Shown piece after piece: positions 15,584-27,788 of a stretch of DNA of 64,000 bases (within the stretch, counting starts at the first letter, position 1; each line of letters begins with the position of its first letter). The translations under genes were made by a program, and so were the position numbers. This stretch comes from Octopus vulgaris (Eukaryota): the NCBI GenBank assembly GCA_951406725.2, contig OX597837.1, positions 44,020,001-44,084,000 of the forward strand, read 5' to 3'. Below the pieces are notes generated by a model. The model was not told the origin of the DNA, did not search any database, and worked only from the letters and a program-made list of their open reading frames with translations.

Positions 15584-16004
15584 ACGAGGCTGCTGTGTGT
15601 CTCAGTGTATTTACATATGCATACATATATAATATACGCATACAGGACACCATCACACACATCATCTAGACATTCACATTTGCATCCACCCATCCATCCA
15701 TCCATCCATCCATCCATCCATCCATCTAACCATCCTTCCATACATACATACATTCGTATTTTTAAATGTCTACGGCTGTACGTGTAATATTTTCGCAACC
15801 TTGCACGCACTCACGCATATACACAAGCACACGCGCCCACTCTTACTCACACAAACATACACATATACACAGCCACACACCAAGTCACGCAAACACCTTT
15901 GAGTTAAAAGCGGTTCACAGCGCAGTCACTTTGATGCTAGAAATAGCAACCAAATGTCCCTATAATGACTTTAAATAAAACACATTAGACAATGTGGTCT
16001 GTAA

Positions 16005-16400
16005 TCTCTCTATATATATAAAGCTGAAGTTGTCAGTGTATGGCAAGCTTGGTAGCCTTCAACTAACACTATCTCCTCCGAGACCCTGTGGTGCAAGTTG
16101 ACCAAAATTGAGAGTATGATATAAGAAGGATTGCTCTTCCTTCCGTAGAAGATAAAATTCAAATCGGACCATGTTAACACCAAAAATTATTTACATCAAA
16201 AGGGTGCTTTTTTTCTATGAAAATCCCTATTTTTTTACGATTTTTTTTACTGCAGTGTCGCCATTTGTTGGTGTATTTCAACCAGAAAAATGTTCACTTA
16301 AAGAGAATAACAAGCTACATAATGCAAAATTTTTACTTTTCAAAAATTCCAATTCTAAAGGGTCGAAACAAACCCGAGCAACGCCGGGTGATACTGCTAG
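16005..16400 (+). mobile_element. Non-autonomous Helitron
   Basis: A|TC 5' start, subterminal hairpin CCCGAGCAACGCCGGG, CTAG|T 3' end, no TSD. Confidence 0.85.
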
Positions 16401-16961
16401 TATACATATAAGAAAGGGTGGGCATGTTTAGAGTGCCTATGATAATATGGAATGATCTTTTCAGGGATTAGCCCCAGGAGGAGCGAAAGCGCATAGCTCA
16501 TAACATTTTCATTATTAAACGCAGAGTCGGAAACTCTTAAGTACAACTCCGAGGCCGGGTGGTTCGCTGTGCTTTTCTCTACTTCAGGACACCCCATTTC
16601 ATGTGGTTCCAGGGTATTGCACTGAAAATGGTTACGAGCAGCAGCAGCAGTATCAAGCAGGTGGTGAGGGTTATTTTTCAACAGACTGGCGTCCTTTCCC
16701 GAGATATTCCAAATTTCTGACTCTTAAACCTCTCAAAACCCGGATTAAGTTCCAGCCTTAATGAGCTCGCGACAGACCTCAAATTTGAATATGAAGGACA
16801 AGGGGCACGAGTTTTTCATTCTGTAGGTTTCAATAATCAATAACCCAATCAAATTGATTGCATAAACTATCATCAGACAACAATAGAATATAATTGGATA
16901 TAATATATGATATAAGTATGTATGTATATATACGTGTATATATACATATATATATACATAC

Positions 16962-16993
<32 letters not shown>

Positions 16994-16998
16994 ATATT

Positions 16999-17030
<32 letters not shown>

Positions 17031-17125
17031 TATATATATATATATTTATATATATACATATGAATATGTACATGCATATATACATATATAAATGTATGTA
17101 TGTAAATACATGCATAGACACACAC

Positions 17126-17158
<33 letters not shown>

Positions 17159-17753
17159 CATACATGCATGGATACATACATACATGCACACATACATACA
17201 TACATACATACATACATACATACATACATGCATGCATACATACATACACACACACACACACATACATACATACATACACACACACAGACACACGCATACA
17301 TACATACATACACACACACATGTGTATGCATATGTGTATGTATATCTTTTTCTAGTTTCAGACGTTGGATCGCGGCCATGCTGGATCTCCACCCTGAAAA
17401 GATTCAGGCGAACAAACCGACCCTGACCCAAGTATTTTCTGTATAAGTTTGCCACATATATCCTTCAATCTCTTTTCTGCCCATCCACTAAGCTTACGGG
17501 AACGTAAACAAACCAACACAAACACCTGTAGTAAGGGAAGAGGGGAACGTCATCCTCAGGACGAAGTGTAAGTCCGAACACTTTTTGTATCGTTTAACTG
17601 CGGTAAAAGACATCCCTGGACCGGTCGACGGTGGTGTTAGACCACAGGACAACTAAACCGAATTTAACTAACTTCTATTAGGCATTCACGCATATGTTTA
17701 TCGATCTATCGATCTCTGGATGGACATACACACACATGTATGTATGTATACAT

Positions 17754-17826
<73 letters not shown>

Positions 17827-17957
17827 ATATTCATGCAAATATATGTGTGTGTGTGTATGTGTATACATGTGTATATATACACATACATAAATACACAACA
17901 CAAATATACATATTTGTATGTAGGTATGTATTATGCATATGTGTATGTGTGTGTGTG

Positions 17958-17994
<37 letters not shown>

Positions 17995-18192
17995 TGTGTG
18001 TGTGTAAGTGTGTGTAAGCTGTGTATGTGCGTGTGCGTCTGTTTATATGACGGGCTTCCTTCAGTTTCCGTCCACCAAATCCACTCACAAGGCTTTGATC
18101 GGTCCGAAGCTGTAGTGGAAGACACTTGTGGGACTGAACCCGGATCCATGTGGTTGGAATCCATGTGCCTCAGCCCGCCCACACACGCACAT

Positions 18193-18223
<31 letters not shown>

Positions 18224-18392
18224 CTCACACACACACGCACGCACGCACGCACGCACGCACACATATACACCGACAAAGACAGGGTGGGTCCGCAAACTTT
18301 CAATTAATTCGAATTATTGGCGGTGGTTATGATGATGGTGATGATGGTGGTATAGAAGACATGGTCGCCGGCGGAGGTAGCGATACACAAAT

Positions 18393-18433
<41 letters not shown>

Positions 18434-18434
<1 letters not shown>

Positions 18435-18697
18435 GGAGGCAGGATCGTGGTTTCGATTCCCAGACTGGGCGTTGTGAGTGTTTATTGAGCGAAAACACCT
18501 AAAGCTCCATGAGGCTCCGGCAGGGGCTGGTGGCGATCCCTGCTGTACTCTTTCGCCACAACTTTCCCTCACCCTTTCTTCTGTTAGCCTGCTCGCTTAG
18601 CCAGCGGGGTGGCGACACTTTAAGGCTAAAACAATGCGAACGCATTGTGACCAGCGATGTGTAGCAACATCTGATAGCCTGGTCCGGTCACGGTGAT
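18434..18697 (+). mobile_element. SINE family A head with alternative tail, partly deleted
   Basis: Matches the 24070-24389 copy. Confidence 0.85.
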
Positions 18698-18759
18698 ATA
18701 TATATACATATAAAAGAACATATAATAAATGTAAAAAAAAAAACATAGTCCCTACTTAC

Positions 18760-18824
18760 CCGAACAGCTGACTGAGGCAAAACACAACGCAGAGTCCAGC
18801 ATAGTAACCTGATTGAGGATGCAT
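18760..18824 (-). CDS. Putative first coding exon encoding a signal peptide (MHPQSGYYAGLCVVFCLSQLFG...) of an unidentified secreted or membrane protein
   Basis: AAAGATG start in unique sequence, hydrophobic core AGLCVVFCL, consensus donor GG|GTAAGT (phase 2) at 18760/18759; no downstream exon found in the window. Confidence 0.55.
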
Positions 18825-19469
18825 CTTTCTGAGTTCGAACCTATGTGTCTCCGGAATTTTTTATTTAATTCTTTTAATTATTTTTTTCTCTGAATATAAA
18901 AGTTTAATTTCCAAGATAATTTATTTGACAATTTTTTTGCTTTGTTTTGCTATATTTAAGTCGAGAATTATTTTGTTTTGATATGTACTTTTTTTTATCA
19001 ATATATTTTTTTATTATTTCTTTAAACTTTTTTGGTTGATATATACGTTTATTTTTAACTGGATTTTTTTAGTGGATTTTGCTAAAAATTGTTATTAAGA
19101 GTCGTCGTTGTTCTTTTTTTCGTGCAGATGCTGCAAGATAGATGCTGATGGTCATATAATGATGATGAGGATGAAAATAAAAACACAGTGCCGCTGTTTG
19201 CTTTCGCTGTTTGATGTCTTTTTTTTTCCGGATCTCGTTAACTACAAAACAACTTGTTTCAGAAACAATATGTTGTTGTTATTATTGTTGTTGTTGTTGT
19301 TGTTGTGCTAGATAGGCCCCCAGCTCAGCCACTGACCGAACAAACCTATCCTAGGTAGGCCGTTTCAGCAAGTGCTGTAATTATATATATAAGTTTAAAG
19401 AATTCTTCCAGCAACGACGAGTTATTATGATATCTCGGGTTTTAATGCTTGTCGGTGTTCTTGCTGCTG

Positions 19470-19500
<31 letters not shown>

Positions 19501-19851
19501 CGCTGCCGCTGCTGCTGATGTTGTTGTTGTTGTTGTTGCTGCTGATGGTGTTGTTGCTGTTCTTGTTAATATTGCCGTTGTTGTTACTGTTGTTGTTGTT
19601 CTTTGTAGTGATTCTTGGTGGTGTTCGGTGAGGGTTTTCGACGAGATGTCGGCAGCGATGTTAGTGGTGATGGCGCCGGGGTGCGTTGGTGGTGGTGGTG
19701 GTGGTGGTGATGGTGGTGGTGGTGGTGGTGGTGGTGGCGGTAGTGATGTTAGTGGTGATGGTGCCGGGGTGCGTTGGTGGTGGTGGTGTTGGTGGTGGAG
19801 GTGGTGGTGCATATGTCGCCTGCTTGTTCTTATCCTGTGCAACAGTGTGTG

Positions 19852-19852
<1 letters not shown>
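18825..19852 (-). other. Putative 5'UTR portion of that exon
   Basis: TE-free stretch rich in A-runs and CAG/CAA/CCA repeats; candidate acceptor TTATTCAG|G at 19853/19852. Confidence 0.35.
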
Positions 19853-19907
<55 letters not shown>

Positions 19908-20336
19908 GTAATAATAAACGGGTATAGAAATAACAGTAGGAGGAGGAGGATGAGGAGGAGGAGAAGAAGGTGGAGAAGGAGGTGCAGGGCGGGAAGCTGT
20001 AGTAGAATGAAGAGGAGAAGGAAGAGAAAGAAGACAGAGTAGAAGAAGCAGAAACAGCAGGGTGGGTGAAGTGGCGGGTCGGGTGGGTGGGGGCTGCGTC
20101 ATCTAAACCTGTTTCAATGGTTCCTCTCTCTCTCTTCCTCTCTCTCTCTCTCTTTCTCTTTCTCTGTCTCTGTCTCTCTCTCTCTCTCGCTCTCTCTCTG
20201 TACTAAAGGGCGGGTGGGCGGGTACGGTTGGATGGGAGCGGTGCCTGCTGGCAGATTTGTGAGGCGAAATATGGAACAAAACAGGCACCCACCAAACATA
20301 GTAAACGTAGAGATAATTTCCCACATAGAATATCTC

Positions 20337-20442
20337 GGTACCTGTCGCACCTGGGGCACCTGGGTACCTGGGTACCCGAGACCTAGATACCTGGGGTACC
20401 TACGTACCTGCGGAGTACCTATGTACCTGCGGGGTACCTATG
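20337..20442. repeat. Degenerate 9-13 bp minisatellite built on GTACCT/GGTACC
   Basis: About 10 consecutive (g/a)(t/c)acc units visible. Confidence 0.85.
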
Positions 20443-20469
20443 TAGCGGGTTTGGATTAAGATTAGTGGT

Positions 20470-21035
20470 CGAATAAATGATGTTGTTCTTGTCGTTATGT
20501 ACCCCCCACCAAACCAGCTTCGATCGATTGAACAGAACAATGTTCAGGGCCGTTCCAGCCGAGGCCATTCCACCTTGTTCGGCCTCGGTAAATATAAAAT
20601 TACTACATTATCCTATTATGCGGTCTTCGTTTCGTAAGATTATGCGATGCGGTTTGAGGTGGATTTGGCTGACATTTCTAACTGGACGTACGACCACGCC
20701 AAGATGGACTTGTAGGGTCGTGGTTGAGTTCCTTTGGGGAGTGAATTTAGCTGCCATTTTTAACTGGGCAAGCAATCATGTTAAGGTCTCTGTTTTTTTT
20801 TTTTGTTTGTTTGTTTGTGTTTCTTTTTTTTCTTTTTTTTTTTTGCTTTTTTGGCTCACGGCTGAGTGGATGGGTAACAGCAACCTGATGGGGATGAGGG
20901 GTGAGGTGATGGTCAGCCCTTAGCGACCCTTTTATGGAGGCGACACTTTGGGGGTGCTTATTAACACAGCAGTTTACAAAACACACAGTCGACATTAATT
21001 ATTACATTACAAATTATTATCTTCAGTCGTTTATG
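20470..21035. promoter_or_regulatory. Unique, TE-free candidate promoter, 5'UTR or conserved non-coding block
   Basis: Balanced composition, YY1-like GCCATTTT (20753), several hairpins, TTTAY motifs; lies upstream of the putative exon. Confidence 0.35.
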
Positions 21036-21231
21036 AAAAGAAAAAAAACGCATTTAGCTATTTGTTATACATAAGTCATTATTATTCATTTCAAATTTAG
21101 GCACAAGGCCAGCAATTTCGAACGATGGGTTAAAAGAAAACAAAAACGCATTTAGCTATTTGTTATACATAAGTCATTATTATTCATTTCATATTTTGGC
21201 ACAAGGCCAGCAATTTCGGACGATGAGTTAA
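21036..21231 (+). repeat. Two-copy tandem duplication of about 97 bp
   Basis: aaaacgcatttagctatttgttatacataagtc... repeated at about 21045 and 21144. Confidence 0.9.
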
Positions 21232-21870
21232 GTCTTGAATGGTATTTATTTTATGGAACCCGGAAGGATAAAAGGCAAAGTTGACCTCGGTGGAATTTGA
21301 ACAAAAAACGTCCGCCAAGCATTTTGCCCGGTGTGCTAAAGATTCCGCCAGCTCACCGCCTTAAATATTCTTTCCTACTACAGGCACAAGGTTCGAAATT
21401 TTGGGGGTGGGGATCAGTCAATTAGATCGACCCCAGTACGCTACTGATACTTAATTTATCGACCCCGAAAGGATGAAAGGCAAAGTCGACCTCGGTGGGA
21501 TTTGAACTCACAACGTAGCAGCAGACGAAATACCTATTTCTTTACTACCCGCAAGGGGCTAAACACAGAGAGGACAAACAAGGACAGGCAAAGGGATTAA
21601 GTCGATTAAAATATCGCTAAGCATTTCGCCCGGCGTGCTCACGTTTCTGCCAGCTCGCCGCCTTAAATATTCTTTTCTCCTCTAGGCACAAGGCCCGATA
21701 TTTGGGGGGAGGGGACTAGTTAATTAGCGCGACCCCAGCGCGTAACTGGTACTTAATTTATCGACCCCGAAAGGATGAAAGGCAAAGTCGACCTCGGCGG
21801 AATTTGAACTCAGAACGTAAAGACAAGCGTCTCGCCCGGCGTGCTAACGATTCTACCAACTCGCCGCCTT
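21190..21870 (-). mobile_element. Cluster of three or more family B SINEs
   Basis: Repeated gaccccgaaaggatgaaaggcaaagtcgacctcgg cores with tRNA-like heads. Confidence 0.88.
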
Positions 21871-22324
21871 GCTTGCAACAAATATTTTTCTATTCAAGGA
21901 GGGGGTGTGGCCTATTGTTTAAGGCGTTACACGTACGATTGCAAGATCGTGATTTCAATTCCTGGATAGGGTGATGTGTTACGTTCTTGAGCAAAACATT
22001 TCATTTGACGCTACTCTGAGATCACTTCGACACCTGACGTGTGGTACGCCCTCACCTGTTCAGGAAACATCGATTTGATGGACGGGGTGAGATCATGTAC
22101 AGCACAAGCTTTTGACCGCTATAAACAAATGCTTTGAGCAGGTTTTTCACCAAGAAATTGAGGACTTGGTCGTATCATTCTTCTACAGGAAACAGAACAT
22201 TCAAGGGCTGCTCCGGACATCACACACTCTAGCTTCGACATTGATAGGGAAATGTTTGGGAAACGGCAGGAACGAAAAGTTGAACAGATTAACAAACAGC
22301 ATGGCTGGCTTTAGTATACATAAT

Positions 22325-22562
22325 GTGGTGGTGGTGGTGGTGGTGGTGGTGGTGGTGGTGGTGGTGGTGGTGGTGGTGGTGGCGGCGGCGGTGGTGGTGG
22401 TGGTGGTGGTGGTGGTGGTGGTGGTGGTGGCGGTAGTGGTGGTGGTGGTGGTGGTGGTGGTGGTGGTGGTGGTGGTGGTGGTGGTGGTGGTGGCGGCGGC
22501 GGCGGCGGTGGTGGTGGTGGCGGTGTTGTGGTGGTGGTGGTGGTGGTGGTGGTGGTGGAGGT
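22325..22562 (+). repeat. (GGT)n tract
   Basis: Directly visible. Confidence 0.97.
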
Positions 22563-22778
22563 AGCAGTATGACACTGGCGGTGGTCTTGGCAGGGGTTGT
22601 ACATATGATGGTGACGATGGTGCTGAGGTTGTTATGGTTACTCTTTAAACAGAAGGCATGAATATGTTTATTTCAGGTTGGCTTAACACATGGCCCAGTA
22701 CACGTTCGGAGGCGGAATAAGGTATATGTGTGTGTGTGAGAGCATATAACCACTTGTGTGTGTGTGTGTATGTGTGTC

Positions 22779-22815
<37 letters not shown>

Positions 22816-22847
22816 CAGATAGATAGATAGATATATAGATAGATAGG

Positions 22848-22911
<64 letters not shown>

Positions 22912-22945
22912 CAGATATATATATACATATACATATATATATATT

Positions 22946-22993
<48 letters not shown>

Positions 22994-23219
22994 AGGCGTG
23001 TTCCAAAATTTTGAGCCCAACATGGCTGAACGACATGACAGCAGGCAAAGAAGAAACGAATAAGATTTAGTGGTAAAGGTTGTTGAGATAATCCAAATGG
23101 GAGATGGACATAAATGGCGAAGAGAAAAGAGACGACAAAGATTAGATCCAGTATCAAAGTTACTTTATTGAGTCGATAAGAGGACATGTCGAATTGGCAT
23201 AGCTACAGAAATATGGGCC

Positions 23220-23698
23220 ACCGAAAGGCTAAGTCGACCTTGGCGGAATTTGAACTCAGAACGTAACGGCAGACAAAATACCTATTTCTTTACTACCCAC
23301 AAGGGGCTAAACACAGAGGGGACAAACAAGGACAGACATAGGTATTAAGTCGATTACATCGACCCCAGTACGTAACTGGTACTTAATGTATCGAACCCGA
23401 AAGAATGAAAGGCAAAGACGACCTCGGCGGAATTTGAACTCAGAACGTAACGGCAGACAAAATACCTATTTCTTTATTACCCACAAGGGGCTAAACACAG
23501 AGGGGATAAACAAGGACAGACGTAGGTATTAAGTCGATTACATCGACCCCAGTGCCTAACTGGTACTTAATTTATCGAACCCGAAAGAATGAAAGGCAAA
23601 GACGACCTCGGCGGAATTTGAACTCAGAACGTAACGGCAGACAAAATACTGCTAAGCATTTCACCCGGCGTGCTAACTTTTCTGGCAGCTCACCGCCT
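23220..23698 (-). mobile_element. Family B SINE with internal 184-bp tandem reiteration
   Basis: gaatttgaactcagaacgtaacggcagac at 23246, 23430 and 23614. Confidence 0.9.
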
Positions 23699-24069
23699 AA
23701 TGTATAAGAACAGTACCGAAGATCATAGCATAGATAACAGGAAACAGTCAGCATACCAGTATAATTGCATGCAGGACCAGTACGCGCAAGCATGATATTT
23801 ACCAAAAGACAATTAAAGGCAAATGTATGATAATTTATTCACATTAATAATGTATTGTTGTTTAAAGAGTGCCCGCAATACTCTTTAAATTACGAAAACG
23901 GACTGAATATTTCTGATATAATAACAGTTTAAGAATGTTCTTGGCGAAAATGTTTACAAAAGCAGTAGAGAAGGGAGGTTTCTGTATACGAACATAATCT
24001 GTTTCTAAGTCTTGTTCGTTAACAAAATCGTTCGTTATATTAGTTATTGAAATATATATAAATGGAAGT

Positions 24070-24389
24070 GTGGAGGCGCAAAGGCCCAGTGGTTAGGGCA
24101 GCGGATTCGCGGTTGTAGGATCGCGGTTTCGATTCCCAGGCCGGGCGTTGTGAGTGTTTATTGAGCGAAAACACCTAAAGCTCCACGTGGCTCCGGTAGG
24201 GGGTGGTGGCGATCCCTGCTGTACTCTTTCGCCACAACTTTCTTCTGTAGCTTCACTCTTTCTTCTGTTTGGCCTGCTCGCTTAGCCAGCGGGGTGGCGT
24301 CATTTGAAGGCTAAAACCATGCGAAGTGCATTGTGACCAGCGATGTGTAGCAACATCTGATAGCCTGGTCGGTCACGGTGATCACAGTG
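24070..24389 (+). mobile_element. SINE family A head with alternative tail, 14-bp TSD
   Basis: ATATAAATGGAAGT at 24056 and 24390; A- and B-box-like motifs. Confidence 0.92.
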
Positions 24390-25032
24390 ATATAAATGGA
24401 AGTAATCCGTTCCAAGCCACATTCAAAATCCACATTGGCTGTATGGTAAGTAGCTTGCTTTCCAACCACATGGTTCTAGGTTCCGTGTCTCAATACGTGG
24501 CACATTGGACGAGTGCCTTCTACTATAGCCACGCGCCAACCAAATCCTTGTGAGTAGATTTGGTAGACGAAAACTGCAAGAAGCCCGTTGTGTATACATG
24601 TATATAAATATTTATGCGTGTGTGTTTTGTGTGTTTTGTGTCTGTTTGTCTCCCACCACCGCTTAACAACTAGTGTTGGCTTCTTTACGCCACCGTAACT
24701 GAGCGATTCAGCAAAAAGAGAACGATATAAATAAATTCTCGGCTGAACAAAACAAAAACTTTAAGTACTGAGGTCAACTCATTCGTAAGAAAAAATGTTC
24801 ATTAATTGTACAATTCGTGTATATTCGCCCAGCATTTATACGCATGCGTAGTTCGCTCATAGTTTGCTGCTCAAATTTCGAGTTCGCAAGCGAATCGATA
24901 CCGTGTCACTTATACGCATGCGTAGTCTCCTCGTGGTTCGTTGATCAAATTTCAGCTCGTTATGCCAGTTTAATGTTCTTCAGAAAGAGAATTGTTCGTA
25001 TATGAGTACCCCCCACGGTATATTATAGCAGA

Positions 25033-25643
25033 AAGGCGGCGAGCTGGCAGAAACGTTAGCACGCCGGACGAAATGCTGAGCGGTATTTCGTCTGCGTTAC
25101 GTTCTGAGTTCAAATCCTGCCGAGGTCGACTTTGCCTTTCATCATTTCGGGGTCGATAAATTAAGTACCAGTTACGCACTGGGGTCGATGTAATCGACTT
25201 AATACCTATGTCTGTCCTTGTTTGTCCTCTCTGTGTTTAGCCCCTTGTGGGTAGTAAAGAAATAGGTATTACGTCTGCCGTTACGTTCTGAGTTCAAATT
25301 CCGCCGAGATCGACTTTGCCTTTCATCCTTTCGGGGTCGATAAATTAAGTACCAGTTACGCATTGGGGTCGATTTAATCAACATAATCCGTCTGTCTGTC
25401 CTTGTTTGTCCTCTCTGTGTTTAGCCCCTTGTGGGTAGTAAAGAAATAGAAATAGGTATTTCGTCTGCCGGTACGTTCTGAGTTCAAGTTCCGCCGAGGT
25501 CGACTTTGCCTTTCATCCTTTCGGGGTCGATAAATTAAGTACCAGTTACGCATTGGGGTCGATATAATCGACTTAATCCGTCTGTCTGTCCTTGTTTGTC
25601 TCCTCTGTGTTTAGCCCCTTGTGGATAATAAAGAAATAGGTAT
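25033..25643 (+). mobile_element. Family B SINE with three tandem body units
   Basis: One head AGGCGGCGAGCTGGCAGAAACG followed by three repeats of the body. Confidence 0.9.
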
Positions 25644-27274
25644 ATTATGGTAGAAAGGGCACTCGTAGAACATAACTGACGGAGCGCTTCTAGTATAATA
25701 AATAGTTCGAGAATGTTCTTGGCGAAAACAGGTGTGTAATCGTCGAATAAAAGTTAGTTTATTGAAATGATTGTGCGCGCTCAAGAAAAGAAAGGTATGT
25801 CTGCGATACATTCTCAGCTGACTATAAGTGATATGCATATGTGTGTACGTTAGTTTGGGAGTTCAAAGATTTAGGAGTATAATCCTGTTTCCTTCCTTCC
25901 GTCTCTGTTGAACGTTTAGAAAGCAGTTCTTTATACTGAGTAAACGAGGCTCCAGAAGTCGTCAGTCGAAAAACAAGCGTGCCTAAAGTAAACAATTTAA
26001 TTGGCTGAAAATATCCAATAAAAACAGTGAAACGCGCGTGCCTGTCTAACTGTATTTTTTTATGGCTATGCCAAAGGGGGAATGGCAGTGCCTGTAATCT
26101 TCTTCTAGGCTTCTAACAATAGGCTCATGATTGGCTGTGTGGCAAGAAGTTTGCTTCCTAGGCGAGTGAAAGGCGGCGAGCAGGCAGAAACGTTAGCACG
26201 CCGGGCGAAATGCGTAGCCGTATTTCGTCTACCGTTACGATATGAGTTCAAATTCCGCCGAAGTCGACTTTGCCTTTCATCTTTTCGGGGTCGATAAATT
26301 AAGTACCAGTTATGCACTGGGGTCGATGTAATCGACGTAATCCGTTTGTCTGTCCTTGTTTGTCCCCTCTATGTTTAGCCCCTTGTGGGCAATAAATAAA
26401 TAAGAAGTTTACTTCCCAACCATATGGTTCCGGGGTTCAGTCCCACTGTGTGGCACCTTGGGCAAGTGTCTTCTACTTCAGCCTCGGACCTATCAAAGCC
26501 TTGTGAGTGGATTTGGTAGATGGAAACTGAACGAAGATCGTTGTATATATACATATATAGATATATATGTGTGTGTATGGCTTTGTGCCTGTGTTTGTAC
26601 CCCACAACCGCTTGATAACCGGTGTTGGTATTTTTACGTCCCCGCAACTCAGGGGCTCAGCAAAAAGGACCTATAGACTAAGTACTAGTCTTAACAAAAT
26701 TATGTACTGAGATCGGTTCTCAAAAATTTCTCAAGGCGGTGGCCCCAGCATGGCCGCAGTTTAGTGACTGAAACAAGTAAAAGATATTGAAGTTTACACC
26801 ACTTCCGAAATCGATACAGCAGGGTCGACGAATTGCATATCTAATTTTAATACGTTCCGGTTGATCCAAGCGCAAAATATGTGAGTTGCTGTTGTGTATG
26901 TCGCAGAATAACGATTCCTCCTACGACAAGACTGAGTGTGTTTATGAACACAATGCAAATAAAGATTTTTCAACAACGGTTAATTTTTCCCAAATGGGAC
27001 ATTTGTAGATCTGTCACTTGTGAAAAGTGAAACAGAGTTTAAACATCCAATAAATAGGAATAAAGTTTTAAGGAAAATAAAACGCAAATGAAAAAGATCA
27101 GGGAACTCAAACAATCTAGAAAGTTGAATGACATCAACTATTACTTAAAAAGAGAAAAAAGTATTGCGATTTCTACAGAAAGATTCCTCGAAAGCAATTG
27201 TATATATATATAGGTATGTATGTATGTATGTATGTATGTATTTATATATACGCATGTATGTATTTATATATATG

Positions 27275-27378
<104 letters not shown>

Positions 27379-27404
27379 CATATATATCTATATATACGTA
27401 TATG

Positions 27405-27437
<33 letters not shown>

Positions 27438-27441
27438 GTAT

Positions 27442-27526
<85 letters not shown>

Positions 27527-27534
27527 TATAAATA

Positions 27535-27788
27535 ATATACGCAGTTTTTAAATATGAGCTTCTAATAGTTTCATGCTGTGGAAACACGATAATTCTGCAG
27601 ATTTATATTTCATACTTTGTGTTTCCAACCAATCTTCCAGGCTCGAATGCACAGCATACCAGCCATGTTGTGCATTTGAGTTTGAAAGATATATATCATG
27701 TCATAAGGTATGGGATTTCAATCTGCCAGAGTGTTGTGTCTCGACAGCGTGAAACTGTTAGTAGCTCATATTTAAATACTGCGTATAT
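27535..27788. repeat. Imperfect fold-back of about 250 bp formed by two head-to-head degenerate hammerhead-bearing units
   Basis: Outer arms of about 70 bp plus a 25-bp inner stem 27633-27689; GAAAC-TRTTA-GWA-GCTCA on both strands. Confidence 0.75.

Noticed and set aside
19381-19842. His/Pro/Ala-rich ORF resembling a transcription-factor N-terminus
   Set aside because: Trinucleotide repeats open on both strands, no domain, ends in a stop; more likely UTR
20470-21035. Known ncRNAs (miR-10/miR-993, 7SK, SRP, RNase P/MRP, telomerase RNA, U snRNAs)
   Set aside because: None of their diagnostic motifs found by eye
24070-24145. tRNA genes at GTGGAGGCGC... heads
   Set aside because: SINE heads with TSDs and SINE bodies; no complete cloverleaf
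23220-25643. CRISPR-like repeat array
   Set aside because: Eukaryotic SINE multimers; long units with no unique spacers and no cas genes
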